45,995 bases of DNA, taken from contig CAIMCX010000105.1 in NCBI GenBank assembly GCA_903839615.1, forward strand, positions 1 to 45,995, in the 5' to 3' direction. This document shows positions 19,690-29,177 of this stretch, piece after piece. How positions within the stretch are numbered: position 1 is the stretch's first letter; the number at the start of each line of letters is the position of its first letter. The position numbers and the translations under genes are program-made. This stretch comes from an uncultured bacterium. Lineage in GTDB: Bacteria; Bipolaricaulota; Bipolaricaulia; UBA7950; UBA9294. A model generated the notes under the pieces. That model was not told where the DNA came from and did not search any database. It saw only the letters and a program-made list of their open reading frames with translations.

Positions 19690-21144
19690 CTACGCCGTCT
19701 GCTCGCCGAACGGATACGTCAAGACCGGGTTCCTCGCGGCCTGCGTCTGATCCAGGCGCCGAACCGGGGCCCGCGTCGGAGCGTTGTGCAGAAGCTCCGG
19801 GTGCTCGCGCGCCTCTCGCGCGATCGTTTCGAGGATCTCGGCAAACCGGTCGAGCGACTCGCGGCTCTCCGTCTCTGTCGGCTCGATCATCAGGGCTTCG
19901 CGAACAATGAGCGGGAAGTAGATCGTGGGAGGATGGACGCCGTAGTCGATGAGTCGCTTCGCGATGTCGATCGTCGAGACGTGATCGGGGAATCCTTCTC
20001 CCGAGAGCACGAACTCGTGCTTGCAGCGGCGATCGTACGGGAGCGAGTACGTCTTCTTCAGGCGCTCCTGAAGGTAGTTCGCGTTAAGAACGGCGTCCCC
20101 GCTCACCTCTCGCAGTCCTTCGTCTCCCAACTGAAGGAGGTAGGCGTACGCCTTCACGGCGACGAGGAAGTTACCGTAGAACGCGTGAATGCTGCCGATC
20201 GACCTCGGATGGTCCCAGTCCAGGCGATAGGTTTCGCCAGCTTTCGCGATCCACGGCACCGGCAGGTACTCGACGAGCTTCTCGGACACGGCAACCGCTC
20301 CAGCTCCGGGGCCGCCGCCGCCGTGCGGCGTCGAAAAGGTCTTGTGCAGGTTGAAGTGGAAGACGTCGGCTCCCATGTCGCCCGGACGCGCCCGCCCGAT
20401 GAAGGAGTTCAGATTCGCGCCGTCGAAGTAGCAGAGCCCGCCAGCCTCGTGCACGGCGCGAGCAATGTCAAGGATGTTCTCCTCGAAGATGCCGAGGGTG
20501 TTCGGAACCGTGAGCATGATCCCGGCTACGCTGGAATCGAGCTCAGCACGAAGCGAATCGAGGTCCACCGTTCCGCGCTCGTTTGAACGGATCTCCGTCA
20601 CGGAGAACCCGGCAACGGCCGCGGAGGCGGGGTTCGTCCCGTGCGCTGAGTCCGGCAGGAGAACCCGCGTTCGCCCGGTCTCGCCACGCTCCTCGAAGTG
20701 CTTCTTGAACAGGAACATGCCGAGGAGCTCGCCGTGAGCGCCAGCGACAGGCTGTAGCGTGACGGCGGCCATACCCGAGATGCCCCGCAGGAGCTCCGAC
20801 AGCTCGAACAAGACGCGAAGCGTGCCTTGAGCGAGAGGCTCGTCGGTCCGCGGATGGACATCGGCGAAACCCGCAAGGCGCGCGACGTCTTCGTTCAGTT
20901 TCGGGTTGTACTTCATCGTGCAGCTGCCGAGCGGGTAGATGCCGTCGTCGACTCCATAATTGAGCTTGGAGAGCTGCGTATAGTGGCGCGCGACGTCGCC
21001 TTCGCTCAGGTTGGGAATACGCGGAGCGTTCCTCCGCACAAGACCTTCCCCCAAGACCTCGGCCGGCGATCCGGACGGAACGTCACACGTCGGGAAGATC
21101 CCTCCCACGCCTTCTCGCGGCGGGTAGTCGAATAGAGTCCTCAT
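19690..21144 (-). CDS. gcvPB: Glycine dehydrogenase (decarboxylating) subunit 2
   Basis: ORF 19690-21486 trimmed to ATG 21144 (MRTLFDY..., ATGA overlap with the gcvPA stop). LGSCTMKYNPK, PLP-lysine region FNLHKTFSTPHGGGGPG. Confidence 0.9.
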   Translation of the reverse strand: MRTLFDYPPREGVGGIFPTCDVPSGSPAEVLGEGLVRRNAPRIPNLSEGDVARHYTQLSKLNYGVDDGIYPLGSCTMKYNPKLNEDVARLAGFADVHPRTDEPLAQGTLRVLFELSELLRGISGMAAVTLQPVAGAHGELLGMFLFKKHFEERGETGRTRVLLPDSAHGTNPASAAVAGFSVTEIRSNERGTVDLDSLRAELDSSVAGIMLTVPNTLGIFEENILDIARAVHEAGGLCYFDGANLNSFIGRARPGDMGADVFHFNLHKTFSTPHGGGGPGAGAVAVSEKLVEYLPVPWIAKAGETYRLDWDHPRSIGSIHAFYGNFLVAVKAYAYLLQLGDEGLREVSGDAVLNANYLQERLKKTYSLPYDRRCKHEFVLSGEGFPDHVSTIDIAKRLIDYGVHPPTIYFPLIVREALMIEPTETESRESLDRFAEILETIAREAREHPELLHNAPTRAPVRRLDQTQAARNPVLTYPFGEQTA

Positions 21145-22463
21145 CGCCTTCCCCCCAGGGCGGCAATCATGTGATCGAGTTCGGCACGCGACCGCCGCTC
21201 CGTCACCGCGATCCGGAGCGCGTTCTTGACGCCGAGCGCCTCGAGCTCCGCCGGATCCTCGACAAGGAACCCCATCCGGCCGAGCTTCCGCCGCGCCGCA
21301 TCCGCCGATCCCGGCGTGCGCACGACGAACTCGTTGAAGAACGGAGCGTCGAACGCGAGCCGGTACCCCTTCAGTCGACCGATCTCGTTTGCCAGGTAGT
21401 GCGCCTTGGCGAAGTTGAGTTCTGCGACCTGGCGCAGGCCCTCCGCTCCGACGCTTGCGAGGTAGACGGTCGCCGCCAACGCGCATAGGGCGGAATTCGT
21501 GCAGATGTTCGAGGTCGCCCGTTCTCTCCGGATGTGTTGTTCTCGCGTCTGCGCAGCCATCGTGTAGCCCGTCTTGCCTTCTGCGTCGATCGTGCGCCCG
21601 GCGACGCGTCCAGGGAGCTGCCGCAGGAACTCCATCTTCGTCGCGAAGAGGCCCAAGAGCGGCCCGCCGAACCCCATCGGAAGCCCCAAGCTCTGCCCCT
21701 CCCCGACAACGATGTCCGCGCCGAAAGAGCCCGGCGGCTCGAGCAGTCCGAGGGCGAGAGGATACGTCGCGACGATGAGCAACGCGTCGCCGAGCTTCTC
21801 TTTGAGGCCGCCCAGCGACTCAATCACTCCAAACGCATTGGGAGACTGGACGACGATGGCCGAGACGTTCTCGGGCGTTCGCTCCCAGGCGCAGCGCCCC
21901 GAAACGTCGAACGGCACGTCGACGAGCTCCAGCCCGGCAGCCCAAGCGTAGGTGTTGAGGACGCGCCGGTACTGCGGCAGGAGATTCGCCGCCACCGCAA
22001 CGCGCTTTCGCTTTCGGATCCGCTCTGCCATGAGAGCGGCTTCAGCCAGCGCGGTGGTTCCGTCGTACATCGACGCGTTCGCGATCTCCATCCCCGTGAG
22101 CTCGCAGATGAGCGTCTGGAACTCGAACATCGCAGTGAGCGTCCCCTGACTGATCTCCGGCTGGTAGGGCGTGTACGCCGTGTAAAACTCGGACCGCGCA
22201 AGGATCTGTCCCACGACGTGGGGAGTGTAGTGGTCGTAGATCCCGCCGCCGAGGAGCGAGATCTGATTCACCGCACTATTTGCTTCGGCCGTGCGAACGA
22301 GCTCGCCGAAGACATCGAGCTCGCTCCGCATTGGGAGGCCGAGGGGCTCGCACTTCTCTAGGACCTCGCGCGGGATGTCGGAGAAGAGATCCTCGAGCCT
22401 CGCGCACCCTATGGCATCCAGCATCTGATGGCGATCCGCATCTGCATTCGGAAGGTAGCGCAT
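21141..22463 (-). CDS. gcvPA: Glycine dehydrogenase (decarboxylating) subunit 1
   Basis: MRYLPNADADRHQMLDAIG.., FLGGGIYDHYTPHVV-like segment, YTPYQPEISQGTL, MYDGTTA. Confidence 0.9.
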   Translation of the reverse strand: MRYLPNADADRHQMLDAIGCARLEDLFSDIPREVLEKCEPLGLPMRSELDVFGELVRTAEANSAVNQISLLGGGIYDHYTPHVVGQILARSEFYTAYTPYQPEISQGTLTAMFEFQTLICELTGMEIANASMYDGTTALAEAALMAERIRKRKRVAVAANLLPQYRRVLNTYAWAAGLELVDVPFDVSGRCAWERTPENVSAIVVQSPNAFGVIESLGGLKEKLGDALLIVATYPLALGLLEPPGSFGADIVVGEGQSLGLPMGFGGPLLGLFATKMEFLRQLPGRVAGRTIDAEGKTGYTMAAQTREQHIRRERATSNICTNSALCALAATVYLASVGAEGLRQVAELNFAKAHYLANEIGRLKGYRLAFDAPFFNEFVVRTPGSADAARRKLGRMGFLVEDPAELEALGVKNALRIAVTERRSRAELDHMIAALGGRR

Positions 22464-22477
22464 GGCGGAAGAAGACG

Positions 22478-22858
22478 TCAGGCGATATGCGCTTCGTAGG
22501 CCGCCGCGTCGAGGAGGTCGTTCGCCTCCGACGGGCTCGAGAGCTCAAGAGCGACGAGCCACCCGTCTGCATGGGGCGATTGATTCACCGTCTCGGGGGA
22601 GCTCTCGAGGTCGCTGTTCACCGCAACAACCTTGCCGCTCAGCGGAGCGAACACATCGCTCACGGCCTTGACGGACTCCACCGTCCCCAGGTGACCGCCT
22701 TTCTTCACCACCGTACCGAGCGACGGAAGTTCAACGAACACCACGTCTCCCAGCTCGGCCTGCGCGTGATCCGTGATGCCGACACGCGCCCGAGTGCCCT
22801 CGATCTGCACCCACTCATGCTCTTTCGTGTAGCGAAACGTCGTCGGGTACGACATCAT
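22478..22858 (-). CDS. gcvH: Glycine cleavage system H protein
   Basis: YTKEHEWVQIEG, lipoyl-lysine motif VESVKAVSDVFAP. The AGGAGG SD lies inside codons 2-4 of the longest ORF, so the start is the ATG-ATG pair at 22858/22855. Confidence 0.9.
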   Translation of the reverse strand: MMSYPTTFRYTKEHEWVQIEGTRARVGITDHAQAELGDVVFVELPSLGTVVKKGGHLGTVESVKAVSDVFAPLSGKVVAVNSDLESSPETVNQSPHADGWLVALELSSPSEANDLLDAAAYEAHIA

Positions 22859-22892
22859 GCCTCCTACCACCTACGGGACTTGTACAGCGCGG

Positions 22893-22898
22893 ATTATA
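22893..22898 (-). promoter_or_regulatory. Perfect -10 box (TATAAT) upstream of gcvH; weak -35
   Basis: Minus strand: TATAAT, then ~27 nt, then AGGAGG and the ATG. The best -35 at 17-nt spacing is only CTGAGG, inside the dnaB 3' end. Confidence 0.35.
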
Positions 22899-22917
22899 CG
22901 CTCCGCAGCGAAGGACC

Positions 22918-24327
22918 TCAGCCGCCGGGCGGAGCGCCCACATCCTCCGGCGTGAGCGGATAGAAACTCGCGTACGCCTTGTTGAAGTACGACTTCACTG
23001 TGCCCGGAGGCCCGTGCCGTTGCTTGGACACGATGATCTCCGCCTCGGCGCCGGCGCCTTGTCCCGACGAGTCGGCGGCCTCCGAAGGTTGGGCGTAGTA
23101 GTCCTCGCGGTAGATGAACATCACGACGTCAGCGTCCTGTTCTAGAGCGCCACTCTCGCGCAGATCGGACAGCATGGGCCGTTTCGATTCTCGTCTCTCT
23201 ACGGCTCGACTGAGCTGTGACACCGCCACGACCGGGACATTGAGTTCGCGGGCAAGCTTCTTGAGCGATCGCGAGATGTAGGCGATCTCCTGCTCGCGGA
23301 TGTCGGTGCGAACGCCGGCGTCGACGAGTTGGAGGTAGTCGACGATGATCATGTCGAGTCCGTACTGGGCAGCCATTCTCCTCGCCTTGGCACGAATCTC
23401 GAGCACCGACACGCCGGGCGTGTCGTCGATGACGATGATCGCCTTCTGGAACTTGCTCGCCGCGCTCGCGATGTCTCGCCATTTCGGCGCCGGCACGTAG
23501 CCGCCGCGCAGGCGGTGGAGGCTTACTTTGGCCTCGCCGCACAGGAGCCTCTCCAGCATCTGCTCCTTCGTCATTTCGAGCGAGAAGATGCCGAGCGCGG
23601 CGCGCTCGCGAATCGCAGCGTGTCGGGCGAAACTGAGAGCGAGACTCGATTTTCCGGTGCCCGGGCGCCCGGCCACGATGATCAGATCCGAACGCTGCAG
23701 GCCCGACGTCAGCTCGTCGAGCTCGCGGAACCCAGTTGAGAAGCCACGCAGTGTGTGCTTGTCAGGATCGCGGTGCAATTCCTCGAGCGAGCCGATGTGT
23801 TCGTAGAGGAAATCGTTGACGAGGAAGTAGGAGCGATCGAGGCTCGACTCGGTGATCTGGAAGATGAGCGATTCGGCGCGATCGAGCACCTCGTCGGTTT
23901 CGCTCACCTCGTCGTATCCGTACTCGGTGATCTGGCCGCCCGCCTCGATGAGCGATCGCAGGACGGCCTTCCGGCGGACGATGTCGGCGTAGTACTCGAC
24001 CGATGTCGCCGACGCGGCGCCCGACAAGAGTTCGTTCAAGTAGAGCCGGCCGCCCGCTCGTTCCGTGTCACCCAACTCATCGAGGCGATTCGCCACGGAA
24101 ATGATGTCTGCCGGCTCGCCGCGCGTGAACAGCTCGCGAATCGCGCGGAAGATCACACGGTGCTTCTGGAGGTAGAAGACCTCCGGCGTGAGGCGTTCGA
24201 TCAGGATAGGGACACTGTCAGCAGGAGTGAGCAACGCGGCGCCGAGCAGGAGTTGCTCCGCCTCGACATTCTTCGGCAGTTCGCGGACGCCGTCGCCAGC
24301 AGCAGTGGGGCCATCAGGTTGTTTCAT
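22918..24327 (-). CDS. dnaB: Replicative DNA helicase DnaB
   Basis: ORF trimmed to ATG 24327 (MKQPDG..). NVEAEQLLLGAALL, Walker A AGRPGTGKSS, IIVDYLQL, SQLSRAVE, QRHGPPGTV. Confidence 0.9.
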   Translation of the reverse strand: MKQPDGPTAAGDGVRELPKNVEAEQLLLGAALLTPADSVPILIERLTPEVFYLQKHRVIFRAIRELFTRGEPADIISVANRLDELGDTERAGGRLYLNELLSGAASATSVEYYADIVRRKAVLRSLIEAGGQITEYGYDEVSETDEVLDRAESLIFQITESSLDRSYFLVNDFLYEHIGSLEELHRDPDKHTLRGFSTGFRELDELTSGLQRSDLIIVAGRPGTGKSSLALSFARHAAIRERAALGIFSLEMTKEQMLERLLCGEAKVSLHRLRGGYVPAPKWRDIASAASKFQKAIIVIDDTPGVSVLEIRAKARRMAAQYGLDMIIVDYLQLVDAGVRTDIREQEIAYISRSLKKLARELNVPVVAVSQLSRAVERRESKRPMLSDLRESGALEQDADVVMFIYREDYYAQPSEAADSSGQGAGAEAEIIVSKQRHGPPGTVKSYFNKAYASFYPLTPEDVGAPPGG

Positions 24328-24342
24328 CGCTCGCCGGAGGGC

Positions 24343-24348
24343 ATTATA
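24343..24348 (-). promoter_or_regulatory. Perfect -10 box (TATAAT) upstream of dnaB; poorly spaced -35
   Basis: Minus strand: TTGGGC, 19 nt, TATAAT, then 15 nt to ATG 24327. The spacing is non-optimal. Confidence 0.3.
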
Positions 24349-24420
24349 CGATCGTGGTTGCGGGCTCGCCCAACAGTCGCGGCAGCCACCATTCCTACAG
24401 GAGAAAGCCCAATGCATGCA

Positions 24421-24449
24421 TTGAAGGTGCATTTCGGGCTCGTTATACT
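24421..24449 (+). promoter_or_regulatory. Near-consensus sigma70-type promoter for rpsB-tsf-pyrH
   Basis: TTGAAG (24421-24426), 17-nt spacer, TATACT (24444-24449). Downstream, GGAGGG plus 4 nt precedes GTG 24485. Confidence 0.6.
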
Positions 24450-24484
24450 ACCGCCACATGAAAAGCCAGACCTCGGAGGGTGAT

Positions 24485-25300
24485 GTGGAAGTCCTAACCA
24501 TGAAGGAGTTGCTCGAGACCGGAGTCCACTTCGGGCATCGCACCCGGAAGTGGAACCCCAAGATGGCGCGCTACATCTTCACGGAGCGCAAGGGGATTCA
24601 CATTATCGATCTCGAGCAGACCGTGGACATGTTCAAGAAGGCGTACTACTCCGTTCGCGACCGCGTTGCGGCCGGCGGAGAAGTGCTCTTCGTCGGCACG
24701 AAGAAACAGGTCCAGGGCACGATCGCCGAAGAGGCCCTGCGCTGCGGCGCCCACTACGTCAACCGACGTTGGCTGGGCGGCACGCTGACGAACTTCGCAA
24801 CGATCCGGTTGAGCATCGAGCGAATGAAGAAGATGGAAGCAATGGTCGAGGACGGCACCGTGGAGCACATGCCGAACAAGGAGGCCAGCAAGCTGCGGCG
24901 CGAGTTGTCGAAGCTGCAGCGCAACCTCGACGGCCTTCGCCACATGCAGCGACGCCCTGACATCCTCTACATCATCGACCCGGACGTCGAAGTGAACGCA
25001 GTCCACGAGGCGAATCTCCTCGGGATTCCGGTCATCGCCATCGTCGACACAAACTGCAATCCCGACCCGATTGACTATCTGATCCCGGGCAATGACGACG
25101 CGATCAAGGCGACGAAGCTCATCACCGCGCGCATCGCCGACGCAGTGCTGGAAGGCCGCGAGGGGCGCCAAGACGCCCCGGAGGCGCCTCACGCCGCCGT
25201 GGCAACCGCGGAGCCGGAAGCGAGTGCGCCCGTTGACGAGACGGCTCTCCTGGAGACCCTCGCCGTCGAGGTCAACGTCGAGACCGAAGAGGGGAAGTAA
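24485..25300 (+). CDS. rpsB: 30S ribosomal protein S2
   Basis: (V)[26 protein letters not shown] is a typical S2 N-terminus. GTG 24485 is preceded by GGAGGG; ATG 24500 is the alternative. Confidence 0.9.
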   Translation: MEVLTMKELLETGVHFGHRTRKWNPKMARYIFTERKGIHIIDLEQTVDMFKKAYYSVRDRVAAGGEVLFVGTKKQVQGTIAEEALRCGAHYVNRRWLGGTLTNFATIRLSIERMKKMEAMVEDGTVEHMPNKEASKLRRELSKLQRNLDGLRHMQRRPDILYIIDPDVEVNAVHEANLLGIPVIAIVDTNCNPDPIDYLIPGNDDAIKATKLITARIADAVLEGREGRQDAPEAPHAAVATAEPEASAPVDETALLETLAVEVNVETEEGK

Positions 25301-25303
25301 GCC

Positions 25304-25897
25304 ATGGCCACCATACGATCCGAGGATGTTCAGAAGCTGCGCCTCGAGACCGGCATCGGGATGATGGACTGCAAGAAAGCGCTCGTCGAAACCGATGGGG
25401 ACTTCGCCCGCGCGAAGCAGCTCCTCCGCGAGCAGGGCCTCGAACTGATGGGCCTGCAAGGGCGCGAGGCGAACGAAGGCCGCATCGAGTGCTACCTGCA
25501 CCACAGCGGGAAGATCGGCGCCATGGTCGAAGTCAAGGCCAACACGGACTTTGCTGCGAAGAGCGACGAGTTCATCCGTTTCGCCCGGGACTTGGCGATG
25601 CACATCGCGGCCTCGAATCCGCGCTATATCGCCCCCGAGGACGTTCCCGCGGCAGATCTCGATGCGGAGAAGCAGGTCTACCGCAGGCAGCTTGAGAGCG
25701 AAGGCAAGCCGCAGAACATCGTCGAGAAGGCGATCGAGGGGCGGATCAATCGGTTCTACGAGGAGCAGTGCTTGGTGAAGCAGGCGTTCGCCAAGGATCC
25801 GACCGTGAAGGTCGAGGGACTGCTTGCCGACCTGCGAACCAAGACGGGCGAGAATATCCGCGTGAAACGGTTCGCCCGCTTCGAGGTCGGGAAGTAG
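25304..25897 (+). CDS. tsf: Elongation factor Ts (short form)
   Basis: VQKLRLETGIGMMDCKKALVETDGDFARAKQLLREQG UBA-like N-terminus; IGAMVEVKANTDFAAKSDEF. Confidence 0.9.
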   Translation: MATIRSEDVQKLRLETGIGMMDCKKALVETDGDFARAKQLLREQGLELMGLQGREANEGRIECYLHHSGKIGAMVEVKANTDFAAKSDEFIRFARDLAMHIAASNPRYIAPEDVPAADLDAEKQVYRRQLESEGKPQNIVEKAIEGRINRFYEEQCLVKQAFAKDPTVKVEGLLADLRTKTGENIRVKRFARFEVGK

Positions 25898-25901
25898 CGG
25901 C

Positions 25902-26594
25902 ATGGCCGCCGCGCCGAGCCGCATCTTGCTCAAGCTGAGCGGCGAGGCATTCAAGGGTCCCGAGGGTGCGTTCTCGCCGATTGCGCTCGAACGCATCGCA
26001 GGGGAGATCGCGCCCATTTCTTCCGGCATCGCCATCGTTGTTGGAGCGGGCAACATCGTCCGAGGGGCGCGAAGCGACCTTCTCGATCGCGTCGAGGCGG
26101 ACACGCTCGGCATGCTCGCGACAGTCTTGAACGCGCTTGCCCTTCGCACGTACCTCGAGGCGCGCGACCGTGACGTTTTCGTTCAATCTGCCGTGTCGAC
26201 CGAGTTGACGGATCCTGTCTCCCCGCGCGATGCGCGGCGCGCCCTCGATCAAGGAGCCGTCGTGATCTTCGCCGGCGGCACAGGAAGCCCCCTCGTTACG
26301 ACCGACACGGCAGCGGCCCTCCGCGCGGTGTCCGTCGGAGCCGATCTCCTGGCCAAAGCATCGAACGTGGACGGGCTCTATGACCGCGATCCGGCTTGCG
26401 ATCCCGCGGCGCGGCTGCTTCGTCAGGTGTCGTTCGACGAGTTCCTGTCCGCGCGCTATGGCGTCATGGACCAGGTAGCCGTGGAGATCTGCCGTGAGCA
26501 TCACCTGCCCATTGAGATCTTCGACTTCGAGAAGACGGGCGCTCTGCGCCAGCTTGCCGAGGGGCGCCGCGTCGGCACGCGCATCGGCGCCTAG
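25902..26594 (+). CDS. pyrH: UMP kinase
   Basis: ILLKLSGEAF, VVGAGNIVRG, MLATVLNALAL, VIFAGGTGSPLVTTDTAAALRA. Confidence 0.9.
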   Translation: MAAAPSRILLKLSGEAFKGPEGAFSPIALERIAGEIAPISSGIAIVVGAGNIVRGARSDLLDRVEADTLGMLATVLNALALRTYLEARDRDVFVQSAVSTELTDPVSPRDARRALDQGAVVIFAGGTGSPLVTTDTAAALRAVSVGADLLAKASNVDGLYDRDPACDPAARLLRQVSFDEFLSARYGVMDQVAVEICREHHLPIEIFDFEKTGALRQLAEGRRVGTRIGA

Positions 26595-26831
26595 CTCCGC
26601 GGTGAAGGTCGAGTAGGCGGGAACCTCGACAAGCACAAGACGGAACCGCCGAGGTCGCAGAGCGAACGAGAGCCTTGTCAACAGCAGCGGAACGAGCGAT
26701 CACGGATCCTGGAGCTTGCCACGCTGCGCGCGCTGGATTCCACCCTCATGTGAGGCCGGCGCGGTGAAACCCGACGCGTTGTAGGTCTCTGCACGCTCTG
26801 CGGTTCGCTTTCCTGATCCTGCCTCCGCCCA

Positions 26832-26878
26832 CTAGACGCGCAGCCTCCGTGCGAGAACGCGTCGCTAGACGCGCAGCC
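26832..26878. repeat. 14-nt direct repeat that duplicates the recG stop region in frame
   Basis: ctagacgcgcagcc occurs at 26832-26845 and again at 26865-26878, exactly 33 nt apart. On the minus strand both copies read ...LRV-TAG in the same frame. Confidence 0.7.
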
Positions 26879-29129
26879 AGCGAATCACGTCTCCGAATCG
26901 CCGCTCGATTACTGCGAGGAGTTCAGGACTCGCTCCTCGCGCGCGCACGGCGCGGGCCGCCGCCTGGGCACGCTGCATCAGATCAACGTCCCGCAGGAGG
27001 TCCGCGGCGCGCAGCTGCGAGAGGAACCCATGCTGATGCGTCCCAAGCAGGTCTCCGGGCCCACGAAGCCGCAGGTCTTCTTCCGCAATCGCGAAGCCGT
27101 CGGACGTGTCGCGGAAGGCAGCGAGACGCTGCTTGGCTTCGTCCGTCCTTGCGTCGGCAAGTGCGAAGCAGACGGCTTCTTGGCCGGCGCGCCCGATGCG
27201 CCCTCGCAATTGATGGAGCTGCGACAGCCCGAACCGATCGGCGTGCTCGATGACCATGAAGTCGGCGTCCTGCACGTCAACTCCAACCTCGACGACCGTC
27301 GTCGAAACGAGAAGCCGGATTCGCCCGGACCGGAATTCGTCCATGACGGCCGCCTTGTCGCTCGTCGAGAGCCGCCCGTGAAGGAGCCCGACGCGGGCAC
27401 CGCCGAATCGTGAGGCCAGCTCCTCCGATACCTGAACCGCCGCCTTCGCATCGATCTTCTCCGATTCCTCGACGAGAGGCAGGATGACATAGCCGCGGCG
27501 GCCTTCGTCGAGGAATCGTTCGACTCGGTCGTAGACTTCGTCCCGCCGACGCTCACCGACCCACTCGGTACGGATCCTCTTCGGGCCGAGAGGGAACTCA
27601 TCCAGGACCGACACGTCGAACTCGCCGTAGAGTGTCAGCGCAATGGTCCGCGGAATGGGCGTTGCACTCATGACGAGCAGATCGACGTCGCGGCCCTTCT
27701 CTTCGATCTGCGATCGCTGCACGACGCCAAACCGATGCTGCTCGTCGATGATGACGAGGCCGAGCGCATGGAACGTCACCGTCTCTTGAATCAGGGCATG
27801 GGTTCCAATCAAGAGGTCGACCCCGCCGGATTCGACGGCCTCGCGAAGCTTGTCCTTCGCCGCAGTTCCGCCGGTCAGAAGGGCGACCCGCACCGGCAGA
27901 CCCTGAAGCAGTCGGCTCAGGTTGGCCGCGTGTTGCTCGGCGAGGATTTCGGTCGGCGCCATCACGGCCACCTGGTACCCCGCCTCAATGGCGTGCAGCG
28001 CGGCGACCACGGCGACGAGGGTCTTCCCCGATCCCACGTCGCCCTGCAGCAAACGCATCATGCGCAAGGGCTGTGAGAGGTCGCTTCGGATCTCTCTCAG
28101 GGCTCGCTGCTGAGCCGCCGTCAGCTGGTAAGGCAGCGCTGCAAGCAACGAATTCGCCAAGCGCCCTGAGTCAGCGTGAATCGTTCCGGCGCGGTCGCGC
28201 GTGGAAAGCAAGAGCCCGACCTGAAGGAGAAACAGCTCCTCAAACGCCAGGCTTCGTCGAGCGCGCTCGAAATCCGCCGGGGTCAGCGGGAAATGGATGG
28301 CGGAGATCGCTTCGGCCTTCGGGAGCAAGTGGTGCTCCGCCGCGACGTCAGCCGGAACGGCGTCGCGTAACGCTCCCGCGTACCGATCGAGGCACTGCCG
28401 TACGAGCGAACGCACGAGTCGGTCCGAGAGTCCTTCGGTGGCCGGATAGATGGGCACGAGGCGGCCTATTTCCTGACCCTCACCCGCCTTCTCCCACACC
28501 GGGGATCGCATCTGCCACTCGCGGAACCGGAACTCGACGCAGCCGAAGAGGTCGATTTCGTCTCCCCGGTGCAGCTGCTTCGCGAGCCACGGCTGATTGA
28601 ACCACGCGGCGAAGAGGAACCCTGTGCCGTCTCCCACGGCCGCCTTCACGACGGTCAAGCCTCGCCCCATGCGTCGTTGCTCGACTGCCTCGACTCGGCC
28701 GCGCACGGCGGCATCCTCGCCCACACGCAGGCTACCGATCGGAACGAATCGAGCCCGGTCGTCCAGCTTCCGCGGTAGGTAGTGGAGAAGGTCTTCCACC
28801 GTGGCAATTCCCAATCGAGCGAGAAGCGCAGCGCGCTTTGCGCCGACGCCCTTCATCTCCGCCACCGGCCGGTAGAGGGCGGCTTCCTCAGCATCGGGCC
28901 GGTCGCCGGCGGTCGGTTGCAGGCGAATGCGCAGGCGGGCTATCGCTGCCTTCCGCTCATCCGGACTGAACTTCGAGTAGCCGTGGATGGACTCGGCCGC
29001 GTCCGGCCAATGGCGTGAGACGAACACCTCGAGGCCCCCGGTCACCGCAAGATCGCCAAACCCCGTTCGCTCTTCCAGGTCGAGGATCTTGCCGACCGTA
29101 TTGCGCGGATCGCTGTTCTCTTGTGGCAT
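26865..29129 (-). CDS. recG: ATP-dependent DNA helicase RecG, with a ~95-aa N-terminal extension
   Basis: ORF trimmed to ATG 29129 because the longer version would run through def on the other strand. KGVGAKRAALLARLGIATVEDLL, wedge domain, LLQGDVGSGKT, DEQHRFGV, MSATPIPRT, HQLRGRIGRAG. Confidence 0.9.
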   Translation of the reverse strand: MPQENSDPRNTVGKILDLEERTGFGDLAVTGGLEVFVSRHWPDAAESIHGYSKFSPDERKAAIARLRIRLQPTAGDRPDAEEAALYRPVAEMKGVGAKRAALLARLGIATVEDLLHYLPRKLDDRARFVPIGSLRVGEDAAVRGRVEAVEQRRMGRGLTVVKAAVGDGTGFLFAAWFNQPWLAKQLHRGDEIDLFGCVEFRFREWQMRSPVWEKAGEGQEIGRLVPIYPATEGLSDRLVRSLVRQCLDRYAGALRDAVPADVAAEHHLLPKAEAISAIHFPLTPADFERARRSLAFEELFLLQVGLLLSTRDRAGTIHADSGRLANSLLAALPYQLTAAQQRALREIRSDLSQPLRMMRLLQGDVGSGKTLVAVVAALHAIEAGYQVAVMAPTEILAEQHAANLSRLLQGLPVRVALLTGGTAAKDKLREAVESGGVDLLIGTHALIQETVTFHALGLVIIDEQHRFGVVQRSQIEEKGRDVDLLVMSATPIPRTIALTLYGEFDVSVLDEFPLGPKRIRTEWVGERRRDEVYDRVERFLDEGRRGYVILPLVEESEKIDAKAAVQVSEELASRFGGARVGLLHGRLSTSDKAAVMDEFRSGRIRLLVSTTVVEVGVDVQDADFMVIEHADRFGLSQLHQLRGRIGRAGQEAVCFALADARTDEAKQRLAAFRDTSDGFAIAEEDLRLRGPGDLLGTHQHGFLSQLRAADLLRDVDLMQRAQAAARAVRARGASPELLAVIERRFGDVIRWLRV

Positions 29130-29149
29130 ACAGGGGACTACTCTATAAT
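29121..29149 (+). promoter_or_regulatory. Sigma70-type promoter for def-fmt; its spacer overlaps the recG start codon
   Basis: TTGTGG (29121-29126), 17-nt spacer, TATAAT (29144-29149). An AAGGA SD precedes ATG 29178. Confidence 0.55.
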
Positions 29150-29168
29150 GCGACGATCCACCATGCAA
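29140..29168 (-). promoter_or_regulatory. Possible recG promoter, face to face with the def promoter
   Basis: Minus strand: TTGCAT (29168-29163), 17-nt spacer, TAGAGT (29145-29140), then 10 nt to ATG 29129. This implies little or no leader. Confidence 0.3.
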
Positions 29169-29177
29169 GGAAAAGCC

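Noticed and set aside
22871-22917. Glycine riboswitch upstream of gcvH
   Set aside because: The intergenic space is far too short, and it is already occupied by a -10 box and an SD.
24494-26149. 551-aa ORF on the minus strand, antisense to rpsB-tsf-pyrH
   Set aside because: Its product is Arg/Ala/Leu/Gly-rich with no motif. It lies opposite three unmistakable conserved genes. Long stop-free antisense frames are expected at this GC content.
26595-26864. tRNA, tmRNA or other structured RNA gene in the pyrH-recG gap
   Set aside because: I could find no T-arm-like GGTTCRANNCC box, no acceptor/anticodon stem arrangement and no extended helices by eye. It is kept only as a low-interest unexplained gap.
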